From assembly GCF_030028105.1 (NCBI RefSeq), contig NC_092379.1, forward strand, positions 27,583,821 through 27,647,820: a stretch of 64,000 bases of DNA, written 5' to 3'. The notes under the pieces are model-generated. The model saw only the letters and a list, made by a program, of their open reading frames with translations. It did no database searches and was not told the origin of the DNA. This DNA comes from Mobula birostris. Its lineage: Eukaryota. A program made the translations under genes and the position numbers. Below are positions 22,758-34,535 of the stretch, piece after piece. The stretch's first letter is position 1; each line of letters starts with the position of its first letter.

Positions 22758-25700
22758 GGGCTCCCCTCGCTAGACTCTGCCCCCGAGGCGCCACAGGCAT
22801 GTGTCCGCTAGAAGAATCGGATCAGCGACTTGTCCAAGATGGGATTCGCTGGGATCCAAGTACGTTTTTCTGGGCCATACCCTTCCTAGCCCACAAGGCA
22901 CTGGAACTTAACACGTACCCGGCGGGATGCCACAAGGCGCCGCACAGTATACTCAAAAGAACCAGCTACCATTCGGAGGGGAAGGTAGGATGACTGGAGA
23001 AAGTGGATAAGTGTTAACCGGCTTGAGCTGGAAAATGTAGAATAATGGGTGGATCTTCAGTAATGCTGGCAGACACAATCCATAGGATGCCTTGTTGGCA
23101 GCCTTGTCCACACACACTGTCCCAAGTAGCGCGGTGTCAATTTCCGGTTCTAGACTTCCAGGAGAGGATCCCTTGATGCCGAACAGACCTCCTCTCCTGA
23201 CTTGATTGGCGATACTTGTCGACGGTGTCGACCAGCCTACCGTGAATACTGTTTCTGGGCGCGCAGCGAAGAACATCTGGTATGTCTCCAGGTTCACTTG
23301 CAGCGCTGGATCAACTGTTCAGCAGCAGGAACCCCTATATTGATCCCTTGATAAGGGAAGAATGGGGTCTGCAATCCCTTCTGGTATTCAAAGGGAACCG
23401 TACCGGAGGTTATTGCGTGCGTTCTTTGCCCAAACCAGTTGGGAGCTCCAGGACGTGGGGTAGGAAGAGACAAGACTGCATAGGGTTGTCTCCAACTCCT
23501 GGTTCACTCTCACAGTCTGGCCATTATTTTGGGATTGGAAGCCAGACGAGAGGAGTGTCTGTGGCTCCTACAAGAGTTCAAAAAGCCTTCCAAAAGCGGG
23601 AAGTGAACTGGTGGCCCACGAATAGACAGCATGTCTCCAGTAAAGCCAGGGAGACTGAACACAAGTTGAACCATGAGTGTGCCAGTCTCACGGGCCGATG
23701 GGAAATTGGGGAGAGTAATAAAGTGGGCAGTCTTGGAAAATTGATCCACAACGATCAAAATGATGGTGCTTCTATTAGTGTGGCAGACCAGTGATGAAAT
23801 CCACTGCGACGTGGGTTCAGGTGTGGTGGGGAACGGGCAGTGGATATAACAGACCCGCTGGACGCAGTCGTGATGTTTTGTTTCGAGCGCAGGTGGGACA
23901 GCAGATTCAAAGTCGTGGACATCCTGGGACATAGGTGGCCACCAAAATTGTCTCTTTATAAACTCCTGAGTCCGTTCAAATTCCGGATGTCCTTTCAGAA
24001 GGGAGGAGGGCTCCCATTCCAACACTGAAGCGCACCGCAGCAGGGACAAACAGCCGGTGTGAGGTCCGCCGTCCGGGCTGGATTTGATTCTGCGCGGTCC
24101 TCACCTCTGCCTGCATTTCCGAGATCACCGGAGTAGCAATACACGAACGATGAAGAATGAGCTCTGGATCGGCATTCTCTTCAAATGTCGAAATGCCAGG
24201 AGAGCGTCGATCATTGTATTCTAGTTGCTGGGACGGTAAGTGCGGAATACATTGAACCGTGTGAAGAAGAGAGCCAACCCGGCTTGACAAGAGTTGAGTT
24301 TCTTATCATCCTGAATATATGAATGATTCTTGTGATTTATCCAGACCAAGAATGGATGTTCTGCCTCCTCTGGTCAGTATCCCTATTCCTCTAGGGATCC
24401 TTGACAGTCAGAAGTCAGAAGCTCCTGTTTCCTAACATCGTAATTCCTCTCGGCCGGAGTCCAGCAGCAAGAGATAAAGGCACAGTGGTGCAGCTGGCTA
24501 TCCGCAGTCGAGCGCTGAGAGAGGGCAGCTCCAATACCTATATCAGATGTATCCATCTCGACATCTGCGTACTCTCCGGACATGCTAGACGTGCTACTGA
24601 TGTGAGCGAGAATAGATAAGGACGTCATCTTATTACACAAACAGAAACTGGTTCAAAATGTCCCTGAGAACATTGTTAACCAAGGCCTGGAATACAGCGG
24701 AGGCGTTGTCCAGACCAAAAGGCATCACCAGATATTCAAAGTGGCTATCAGAGGTGCTGAAAGTCGTTTTCTAATCATCCCCTTTTCTTATGCGAATCAG
24801 ATTGTAAGCATTCCGCAGATAAATTTTGGAAAATATTGTAGCTCCCTGGAGGTGCGAAAACGGAGACGCCAGCAAGGGAAGTGGGTAGCGGTTCTTCACA
24901 GTAATGTTGGTCAGGGTCCGATAATCGACGCAGGGAGGCTGTTTCCCATCTTTGTTGCTGACGAAATGATGCCCGCACCTGCTGACCAGGTTAACAGACG
25001 GATATACCCCATGCTCAATGCCTCTTTAATGTATTGCTCCATGGCCACCGTTTCCGGTCGAGAGAGGGAAAAGAGGCGGCCCCATGGAGGACTAGTGCCA
25101 GGTAAGAGGTCTGTGGGACAGTCGTGTGAGCGGTGTGCGGGCAGACTGGTGGCCTTTCTTTTACTCAAAGCATCAAGAGGTCCGCATATTCAGCCGGAAT
25201 CCCAGAAAGGGCCACATCCTTAGCTGACACAGGAGGTGACTCATGGGATGGAAACTGAGCTGGACCCAGACAGGTAGACATGCATGCCTGTCCCCACTCT
25301 TGGAGCACATTCAGAGACCAATCGCTCCGTGGGTAATGTCAAATAGCCAGTGGAGGCCAAGTACCAATGGCAGTTCAGGTGAATTAGCCATCTAGAAATA
25401 TATTTCTTCATGATGGTTACCTTCGAGCACTAGTTTGTGGGGTTAGGTGGTAAGGGGATCTGGCCGGTTCCCAGACGTCGACCGTCCAGCGCCTTGACGT
25501 TAATCTTTGCTCTTAATTCCTGAGTTGGAACTCCCTATCGTTGAGCGAGAGAGATGTCTATGAGATTCCCGGCTGCACCTGAGCCAACAAACGCCTTAAC
25601 GTCAGTGGTCTGAGAAATCCACGACAAGGAAGCTGCAAGCTTTACACAACTGGGGGAAGATGACGGAAGCTGACGGAAGAGAGAACGGGCCGTCAGGATT

Positions 25701-26530
25701 CCCCTCTCTGCTGACGGGTATTCTATTTTACTGGACGCTTAGAACATGTCATCTGGGCATCTCCTGGATCACCTCAGTAAAGGCAGGAACCTGTTCCCCG
25801 GCGCCGCCTTCGTCCCTGCTGATCAGGCGCATGAGTCCCACTTGCATAGGCTCCTCCGTGGCCTGAATGCTTGGGGGAGAGGGCAAGGAACAGCGTCCAT
25901 TAGATGAAGGAGGGGGAGACGGCAAGGAAAGACCGTGATCTGGCGGTGAGTAGGAAGTTTGACACATTATTTCCCTGCTTTACCCGGTCGTCCACTCGAC
26001 TAGCCAGATTAACCAGATCATCCAGGCTATCCTGCTCGTTTCAGACAAAGATTTCATGCTGGATCCCAGCATTCAACACACACTGCAAGGCAGTGATGAA
26101 AGATCTCTCATTCTATCCCGTCTTTACTGCAATGGTACGTAATTTGAATGCATAGGCTCTCACCAGTCCTCTGCTTGGCGCGTTAGTAGCAGAGATTGTC
26201 GGGGCAGCAGAAAAGGAGGACCTGCGAGATTTTGAGCGTGAGACTGAGCCGGCCTGAAACTGCTGAACTTAGTTGGAGAGAGCGTCGATTCTTGTTAGCT
26301 GATGCTGGATGTCACAGTAAGTTCGGGGACAACGGCCGTGAATGCGAAAGTCGCGGACACCTGAGTCCGATTTTCAGTGGTGAACTGTTGAACAGATGCG
26401 GCAACGGACGATACATCTTCCTCCAAGTGAGACTGGACTTGTCGGCACAAGTTTATCGGCTTCATGGCCATCCGTAACTTCACTGAGAACAGATTACATT
26501 GCCTGAAGCCATTCGCCTGCCTGAACAATG
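22394..26530 (-). mobile_element. Ty3/Gypsy chromovirus-type LTR retrotransposon, decayed, 5' LTR missing
   Basis: In order on the minus strand: gag (LNAGIQHEIF..DSLDDLVNLASRVDDR), protease (VKAFVGSGAAGNLID), RT (PETVAMEQYIKEAL; EYLVMPFGL), RNase H ([14 protein letters not shown]; AERNYDV), integrase (IKRQFWWPPM; VVDQFSKTAHF), chromodomain (EYTVRRLVASRR..G*EGYGPEKRTWIP), PPT GAGGGGAGCCC, then the 3' LTR. Confidence 0.9.
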
Positions 26531-26561
26531 AACTTCACCGGCCAGGTTCAGCTTTTCAGCT

Positions 26562-26603
26562 TCTCTCTCTCTCTCTCCCTCTCTCTCTCTCTCCCTCCCT
26601 CTC
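26562..26603. repeat. (CT)n microsatellite
   Basis: Imperfect CT run at the 3' end of the adjacent CR1. Confidence 0.9.
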
Positions 26604-28262
26604 ATAGAAGATTGAACATAGAATAGCACAGCACAGTACAGGCCCTTCGGCCCACAATGTCGTGCCAACACTGCGGCCCTGCCTTCCATATAACACCCAC
26701 CTTAAATTCCTCCATATACCTGTCGAGTTATCTGCCTCCACCACTGACTCAGGCTGTGCATTCCACGCACCAACCACTCTCTAAGTAAAAAAAAAAACTT
26801 CCTCTAATATCGCCCTTGAACTTCCCACCGCTTAACTTCAAGCCATGTCCTCTTGCATTGAGCAGTGGTGTCCTGGGGAAGAGGCGCTGGCTATCCACTC
26901 TATCTATTTCTCTTATTATCTTGGACACCTCTATCATGTCTCCTCTCATCCTCCCTCTCTCCAAAGAGTACAGCCCTAGCTACCTTAATCTCTGATCATA
27001 ATGCATACTCTCTAAACCAGGCAGCATCCTGTTAAATCTCCTCTGTACACTTTCCAATTCTTCAAACATCCTTCCTATAGTGAGGCGACCAGAACTGGAC
27101 ACAGTACTTCAAGTGTGGTCTAACCAGAGTTTTATAGAGCTGCACCATTACATCGCGACTTTTAGACTCTATCCCTCGACTTATGAAAACTATCACCCGA
27201 TACGTTTCTTAACCTCCCTATCGAGCTGTGACGCACCTTTCAGGGATCTGGGACATGTACCCCGAGATCCCTCTGCTCCTGCACACTACCAAGTATCCTG
27301 CCATGTACTTTGTATTCTGCCTTGGAGTTTGTCCTTCCAAAGTGTACCACCTCACACGTCCCCGGTTTGAACGCCTTCTGCCACTTCTCAGCCCACTTCT
27401 GCAACCTATCAATGGCTCTCTGCAATCGTCGACAATCCTCTGCAACATTTACAACACCACCGACTTTGTGTCGTCTGCAAACTTGTCAACCACCCTTCTA
27501 CCCAGGTTGTTAAAATCACGAAAAGTAGAGGTCCCAGAACAGATCCTTGTGGGATACCACTAGTCACAATCCTCCAATCTGAATGTACTCCCTCCACCAT
27601 GACCCTCTTCCTTCTGCAGGCAAGCCAATTCTGAATCCACCTGGCCAAACGTCCCTGGATCCCATGGCTTCTGACTTTTTGAGTAAGCCTACCGTGTGGA
27701 ACCTTGTCAAATGCCTTACTAAAATCCATATAGGTCTAATCCACTGCACTACCCTCATCTACATGCCTGGTCACCTCCATGAAGAACTCTATCAGGCTTG
27801 TTAGACACGATCTACCCTTCACAAAGCCATGCTGACTGTCCCTCATCAGACCATGATTCTCTAAATGCCCAGAGATCCTATCTCTAAGGATCTTTTCCAA
27901 CAGCTTTCCCACCACAGACGTAAGGCTCACTGGTCTATAATTACCCGGACTATCCCTACTACCTTTTTTTGAACCAGAAGACAACATTCGCCTCCCTCCA
28001 ATCCTCCGGTACCATTCCCGTGGACAACGACGACATAAAGATCTCAGCCAGAGTCTCAGCAATCTTTCCCTCGCCTCGTGGAGCACCCTGGGGAATATTC
28101 CGTCAGGCCCCGGGGTCTTCTCCGTCCTAATATATTTTAACAACTACAACACCTCCATTCCCTTAATATCAACATGCTCCAGAACATTAACCTCACTCAT
28201 ATTGTCCTCACCATCATAAAGTTCCCTCCCATTGGTGAATACCGAAGAGAGGTATGCATTGA
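26604..28262 (-). mobile_element. CR1 LINE, 5'-truncated
   Basis: TPGPDGIFPRVL, NYRPVSLTSVVGKLLEKILRD, QHGFVKGRSCLTSLIEFF, DFSKAFDKVPH and SGIPQGSVLGPLLF; internal deletions. Confidence 0.92.
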
Positions 28263-28265
28263 GGA

Positions 28266-28812
28266 CGCAAACACGAAGAATTCTACAGATGCTGGAATTT
28301 GATGCAACACACATCAAAGTTGCCGGTGATCGCAGCAGGCAAGGCAGCATGTCTAGGAAGAGGTACAGTCGACGTTTCAGGCCGAGACCCTTCGTCAGCA
28401 CTATCTGAAGAAAGAGCTAGTAAGAGATTAGAAAGTGGAAGGGGGAGGGGGAGATTCAAAATGATAGGAGAAGACAGGAAGGGGAGGGATGGAGCCAAGA
28501 GCTGTACAGGTGATTAGCAAAGGGGATACGAGAGGATCATGGGACAGGAGGTCCGGGAAGAAAGACAAGGAAGGGAGGAACCCAGAGGATGGGAAAGGGG
28601 TATAGTCATAGGGACAGAGGGAGAAAAACAAGAGTGAGAGAAAGAATGTGTGTATATAAATAACGGATTGGGTACGAGGGGGGGTGGGGCATTAGCGGAA
28701 GTTTGAGAAGTCGATGTTCATGCCATCAGGTTGGAGGCTACCCAGACGGAACATAAGGTGTTGTTCGTTCAACCTGAGTGTGGCTTCATCTTTAAAGTAG
28801 AGGAGGCCGTGG
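28266..28812 (-). mobile_element. Penelope-like element 3' fragment (single pLTR)
   Basis: Same GIY-YIG tail and pLTR as at 10400-10976, in reverse orientation. Confidence 0.8.
28367..28402 (-). ncRNA. Minimal type-I hammerhead motif (core intact, one stem I mismatch)
   Basis: Minus strand reads agtg-CTGACGA-agg gtctcgg cct-GAAAC-GTC-gact. Confidence 0.65.
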
Positions 28813-28814
28813 GG

Positions 28815-29943
28815 GCGAGGTAGGGTTGTCAACGCACAAGAGTAGCAGTTACATACGTTCTGCTTACCACGAGAGAGACTACCATGACAATGAAGCCTTG
28901 CATGGACACCTGTGTGCGCATGTGTGTACGTGCCGATTTTCTTTTTCCGACAAATCGTTGTGGGCGATTCTGTTCCGCGGGGGAGGCGTTGTTAATCACG
29001 ACCGTAATATAGGTGATAAGTGGCTAATATACTCAATTTCGTTTCTGAAACGATTTATCTAGCTAATTTAATATTAAACACACAGCTCATATTTTCTCGC
29101 ATGAATATAGTGCAAAAATCAATTAACAGGGGAGCTTGAAGTAAGTATTGAACGTTTTTCCAGAAAAAAAAGTCTTAGAGGTAAGTTCGATATTATCATT
29201 AAAGAAAAAATTGATAGGCATATGGAAAGGAAAGGAATGGAGGGTTATAGGCTGTGTGCGGGTAGGTGGCACTAGCTGAGAGTAGCGTTCGACACGGACT
29301 AGAAGGGCAGAGATGGCTTGTTTCCGTGCTGTAATTGTTATATGGTTATGTAAGTCACTTATAAGTCAATAGCATCATAAAATTTTAAGTAACGTTTGGA
29401 TATTAAACACACAGCACATATTTTCCGCGTATGAACATATAAAATCATTCCAACACATGAGTATCGCTTAATCAGTGGGAGCCCTGGGCTTGTTTCGCTG
29501 CATCAAGACGGTGCCATGGAGTGATAATGAGAGACAGCGATACTGGAAGGGGTTCCTTATGTCCAGTCTATGCCGCAATTTAGTTCTCGTTGCATTCATT
29601 GCAGAGATATGTAAGAAATTGAAGCAACGTTTTCAGTGTGTTCGTGACTATCTCAGGATATTTAGCCTTGACTTTGATCCAGAATGCCGGCAGAGATGTT
29701 ACGTGAAACATACATTTCAGCCCGCCGTCATTTGCAGCTCGAGGAGTTGATCTCCTTCTCGCACTGACATGGATGATGCGCAGGTAATGACCAGGCACGC
29801 GTAATGATCTCGCCTGCGTTCAAGCCCAACAGTGGGCGTGACAGGGAATTAGGAAAAGTGCAGCTGACTCAAATTGCCAAATCATACCGTTTCCACGCGG
29901 CCCGGTAGCACATGCTTTGCGGCCCGGTGGTTGAAGACCGCTG
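28815..29943 (-). mobile_element. Non-autonomous hAT (Charlie-like) element with embedded CR1 3' tail
   Basis: Minus-strand hAT dimerisation-domain remnant FWIKVKAKYPEIVTNTLKTLLQF; terminal repeat CAGCGGTCTTCAACC (29929-29943) flanked by gtctaggg (CTAG-centred target typical of Charlie elements); other terminus not found. Confidence 0.7.
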
Positions 29944-31399
29944 GTCTAGGGGAGCAGCTTTCGGCTCTGCCAAACTGGGTAATCAAGTTTGTGTGGATGC
30001 TGTGTGAAGTACCCCACCCCGCCAAATATCAGACCATACACCATATGCGACTACATGCTTATACTTTTTAGACTTTACTGGAACTATGTAATTAATAGAG
30101 AGAAAATATAAAAGGAAAGTAAAAGGCGACAAACTTATCAAAGTTCAACCACTTCGGGCACACAATCGGAGCTCAATTAACGGAGTCTTTTTTTTTCCAC
30201 GATTGGATACCCTGCGACCTCCTCGACCCACCGCCTGGAGCCAACCACGGTGGTCGACCAGACGCCCCACACGAGTCTGTGTTTGTCTCCTCTCTTCGTC
30301 GAAGACCCTGGGCCTCGGACTCCCGCTCGGAGCCCGGTCAGCAGCCCAGCTTACAGCATCACGTCTCCTTTTCCTGTCCCCATCGCGCCTTCTAAGCTCG
30401 CGAAAAAAAAGTAACTTACAGACACACAAGAAAGAATAATATCTATCCCAATTGGTTCGTTTTTTTCTCTTATCAATAATATAACCCAAACAAGCACAGA
30501 GAGAGAGACAGAGAAAGAACTCCTTGCATTTATTATTACAGAAAAGCCATTTTTGTTATAACATGACAAAGAAGCCGTTTTGTTAGCCTCTGCAGTAACA
30601 TAAAAAAAAAGGAAACCCCTTACATAGGGATGAAACAGTAACGACAAAACAGAACGGTGGTACAATTTTACCTCCCATGTAATGTAGGGAGATATTAATT
30701 TCGAAACTTAGCACTGGTGAAAATACAACTTGGATGCTAAGAAGACGTAAATTAAAAAGGCGGGCATAGGTTTGTGTCCAGACTTCACAATCAAAGAAAA
30801 GGAGCCTTGATAGAAGTTCAAGGTAAAACATAAAGTAAATCGCTAGATAATTGTGACCAATTGACATTTGACTGAGATCAGGGATCCAGAGTTAGGAATA
30901 ATATATAGTTAGGGCGACACAGAAGATGTGGTGCATGTGCACATAATGCATTAAACTAAGAAAAAAAATATGACTTCAGCTGACACATATCCAACAATGT
31001 ATATATGTCCTTATGTTTTCCTCCGATTATCACCAAATATAGGATTAATGACAATAAACACGGAAAGTAAGGAAATAGGCTCTTTATGCGTTTGAACATT
31101 AAGCATCTCAAGTTAGCAGGATTACGTTAAAATCTAGTGGAGAGCATGGGTGTGTAGATCCTCAGATTCATTAAGCTAGAACAGGATCCTATATCGTTTT
31201 TCCATTAAACACTGATGAAATTCCAAATGTATAATTAGATGCAATCCATTTATGATCATCATAAAGCAGGGAAGAAGAGGATAAAAAAAAATAGGTCCGA
31301 GGGCTGGTTAGGCTGGAGCACCTGTAGATGACAGAAAGATAATCGGTTAATGGAACTGTGACTGGCTGATGTAAAATACAGTTAACGGAGAAATGTTCC

Positions 31400-33800
31400 A
31401 TTACTCAGTTACAGATACAGATAGACAGATAGGTGTTTTTTCTCTTCGTGAGATCTGGGAATTCTAGTGGATCAAAAGCCTCCCAAACAGCCACATCTGT
31501 ACCAGTTGCACCGACTTCCAGGATCTCTGAGTATGCGATAACGCAATGGAGCTTCAGCCTGTTAGGCGAAACTCTAATGGAAGATTAGGTATATGAAAAA
31601 TATGAACAACAGGGAGGCAAGCAACTATGTGACTGTCAGGAGAAGGAAGCCAAATAGGCAGCGAATGCAGAAATCCTGTGTGGGCGTTTTCGTCATTAAT
31701 AAGTATACTACTTCTGATCATTTTAAGTAGGTGAATACAGGATGTGGAAAGGCTTGACTGCCACTGAACGTGGCGCTGCAGGTCAGAAATGAAGAGAGGA
31801 GAAGACTACAGTGATCATAGATAATAACATATTTATTGGAATGTCGACGACAAGCTGTGGATCCGACAGATATCGAGACACGCTGATGGCATATTAACAC
31901 CAGGAATGATATCACGGTTCGTATTCGCGATATTCTAATGTGGGATATGTTAGCATTTCGCAGACTTCGTCCATACGCGCAGCAATGAAACAGGTAGGAA
32001 ATATGAGAAGATCCTGTAAAGCGGTATACGGGCACTAAACAGACAGTTGAAAAGCAATACCTCTTGGATAGTAACGGCTGGATTACTACCTGTCTCATGC
32101 GGGGTACCAGCACTTAAATGATGATTTGACAGAAGAATCCGTAGGTGACGAATTTGTGCCGCGGTAGAGCCTAATTCTGTATCATTGAGATGCAGAAAAT
32201 AAAATGTAAAAAGGGTCGAGGTAGCTTTTAGCTCAGGGCAAACGGTGACCTGTACAAAAGGGATAGGTTTACAGCTGAACACCTGAGGCGGGGCAATATC
32301 CTTGTAAGCAAGTTCCTACAGCTGTTGGGAAGGGTTAGAATGAATAAGGAGTGTTGGGACTGTGGATGGGGAGTTCGCTTACAAACAGAGGCAATGTGCA
32401 TTTAAACTATTAACAAGGAGAGGCTGGTGATCAGGTAAACTGTTAGTCAACGAAATGAGTTGCAATGCTAAATGTGGACAGCATTAAACAGGCTGATGAA
32501 TAAAGGACAGCAGGTTTTATATTTAAATACACGCAGCGTATGGAAGGAGGTAGATAAACTCTTAACACATTCACAGATTGGTGTGCATTGTGTGCTCATC
32601 ACGGAGCATTTGCTGAAAGATGATGAAATTTGGGAGCTTAACATATACGATTGCACATTACATTGAAAGGATAAACAGGTAGCCAGTGGAGCTCTGGTGG
32701 CTTTGCCGGTAAGTAAAGAAATAAGTAATCAAGCAAGTTAATAGGCAAATAAATAAATACGAAGATAGATAAACAAATAAATCAATAAAGAAACAGGCTA
32801 ACAAACAAATAACCAAAAAAAAGGACGTAAATGCATACACCACCTGAGTAGATATTTTACCACTGGAAAATTACTTTCGAGAATTAATGATGGGAAAAAA
32901 GAAAATGGCGAACGGACTGAGAAAGTGTTATTAAAAAAAAAGAAGAAAAGTAGGTGTCATGAAATAATTTGAAATTGTAGCGGACCGAGAAATCCTCGGC
33001 GTGTAGGACTAATGAGAATAGCTAGGCAGTCACTACATACATCAAGTGTAAAATAATATCAAAGGAGCGGTTAAGACCATTGATAACTAAAGAAGCGGGG
33101 AGGGAGCATGTGCCTGGAGGCGGAAGAGATAGCTGAGGTCTTGTATGAACATGATTCCATGAACATACCGGATTGGTGATGGATAAAGAAGTAATTGATT
33201 GTACTAGTTTGCTACGCTATTTCCAGAGAAAGAATGAAGCAATGCGGGTTCTCATAAATAACTTGGAGTTGGATTCGTCCACGAATCAGTACGGTATGTA
33301 TCCAAGTTCATTGAGCATTGAAGGGCGTGAGATTACTGAAGCCTTGACCAATATCTCCGCGACCTTTCCAGCCACGTCCGAGTAGATAACTCTTCCTGAT
33401 TATTTAAGAAGAGAACCAGAAATAATTCTGGCGAGTCGCGTGTAAGTACTATGGAAGCTATAGGGGAGGATTCTTCGTGGTCGTGTCAATGAGATTTTGG
33501 AAACCATGGCCTAATTCTCGACAGTCTTCAAGCCGTGTCACACTACCGAGTTTCCCTACGGGGTTTACGAAAGTCATTGAAGGGAGAACTGAGAATGTCG
33601 TGCGCATGGATTTTAATAAGGCCTCTGAAAATTCCCCAAAAGAACTGCACATGATCCACAGAGAGTTGGATCTTAGATGTCAGAATGTTTCTGTCCATGG
33701 ATAACAAAATGGCAGTGATCAATCGATCTTAAACGTTTCCTAGGGCTGATCGATATTTGGACTTCAGCTGTTTCTGACTGGAATAATACATGAGGTCTCT
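31400..33800 (+). mobile_element. Heavily decayed CR1 (ORF1 esterase, endonuclease and RT remnants)
   Basis: Remnants resembling VTVRRRK, GDLYKRDRFTAEHL, RGNILVSKF, LYLNTRSVWKEVDKL and VRMDFNKASE. Confidence 0.7.
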
Positions 33801-33959
33801 ACAAGCGTACGAAGACTGACGAGCCTTTGAATAGGCTGAAAGACTGGTACTTTATCTAGGCAAACAACAGGAATTCTGCAGATGCTGGAAATTCAAGCAA
33901 CACACATCAAAGTTGCTGGTGAACGCAGCAGGCCAGGCAGCATCTCTAGGAAGAGGTAC

Positions 33960-33995
33960 AGTCGACGTTTCAGGGCGAGACCCTTCGTTAGGACT
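33960..33995 (-). ncRNA. Hammerhead motif, core mutated
   Basis: Minus strand reads agtc-CTAACGA-agg gtctcgc cct-GAAAC-GTC-gact; the essential G of CUGANGA is changed to A. Confidence 0.55.
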
Positions 33996-34133
33996 AACTG
34001 AAGGAAGAGTGAGTAAGAGGTTTGAAAGTCAGAGTGGGAGGGGGAGATCCAAAATGATAGGAGAAGACAGGAGGGGGAGGGATGGCCACTTCCCCTCCAA
34101 CTTTCAAATCTCTTACTCACTGTTCCTTCAGTT

Positions 34134-34169
34134 AGTCCTGACGAAGGGTCTCGGCCTGAAACGTCGACT
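34134..34169 (+). ncRNA. Minimal type-I hammerhead ribozyme motif, intact
   Basis: agtc-CTGACGA-agg gtctcgg cct-GAAAC-GTC-gact; predicted cleavage after C34165. Confidence 0.8.
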
Positions 34170-34244
34170 GTACCTCTTCCTAGAGATGCTGCCTGGACTG
34201 CTGCGTTCACCAGCAACTTTGATGTGTGTTACTTTATATAGGCA

Positions 34245-34535
34245 TCCGTTAGTCCCGTGAGACCATAGATTTGCGCCTTGGAAGGTTTCCAAGGCGCAAG
34301 CCTAGTTAAGGTTGTAAGGAAGACCGGCAGTTGCCCATGCTGCAGGTCTTCCCACTCCACGCCACCGATGTTGTCCAAGCGAAGAACACTGGGGACGATA
34401 CAGCTTGGCACCAATGTCGTCACAGAACAATGTGTAGTTTAGTGTTTTGCTCAAGGAACAACACGCTGCCTCAGCTGAGGCTCGACCTTCAGATCGCTAG
34501 ACAGACGCCTTAACCACTTGACCACGGGCCAACAC
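34245..34535 (-). mobile_element. tRNA-derived SINE
   Basis: Minus-strand head gtgttggcccgtggtcaagtggttaaggcgtctg with an A-box-like TGGTCAAGTGG, followed by a SINE-like core (gtgttgttccttgagcaaaacac). Confidence 0.6.

Larger units (their letters stand above)
33863..34229. mobile_element. Penelope-like fold-back (two inverted pLTR pieces, no coding sequence)
   Basis: 33899-~34030 pairs with ~34100-34230 with 5 mismatches over ~131 nt. Flanked by tactttatctaggca (33848-33862) and tactttatataggca (34230-34244). Confidence 0.8.

Noticed and set aside
26310-26315. TGTCAC as the edge of the Gypsy 5' LTR
   Set aside because: The following sequence does not match the 3' LTR and translates as the gag N-terminus.
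34490-34535. tRNA gene
   Set aside because: A-box-like head only, with a degenerate B-box, no cloverleaf and a fused SINE body.
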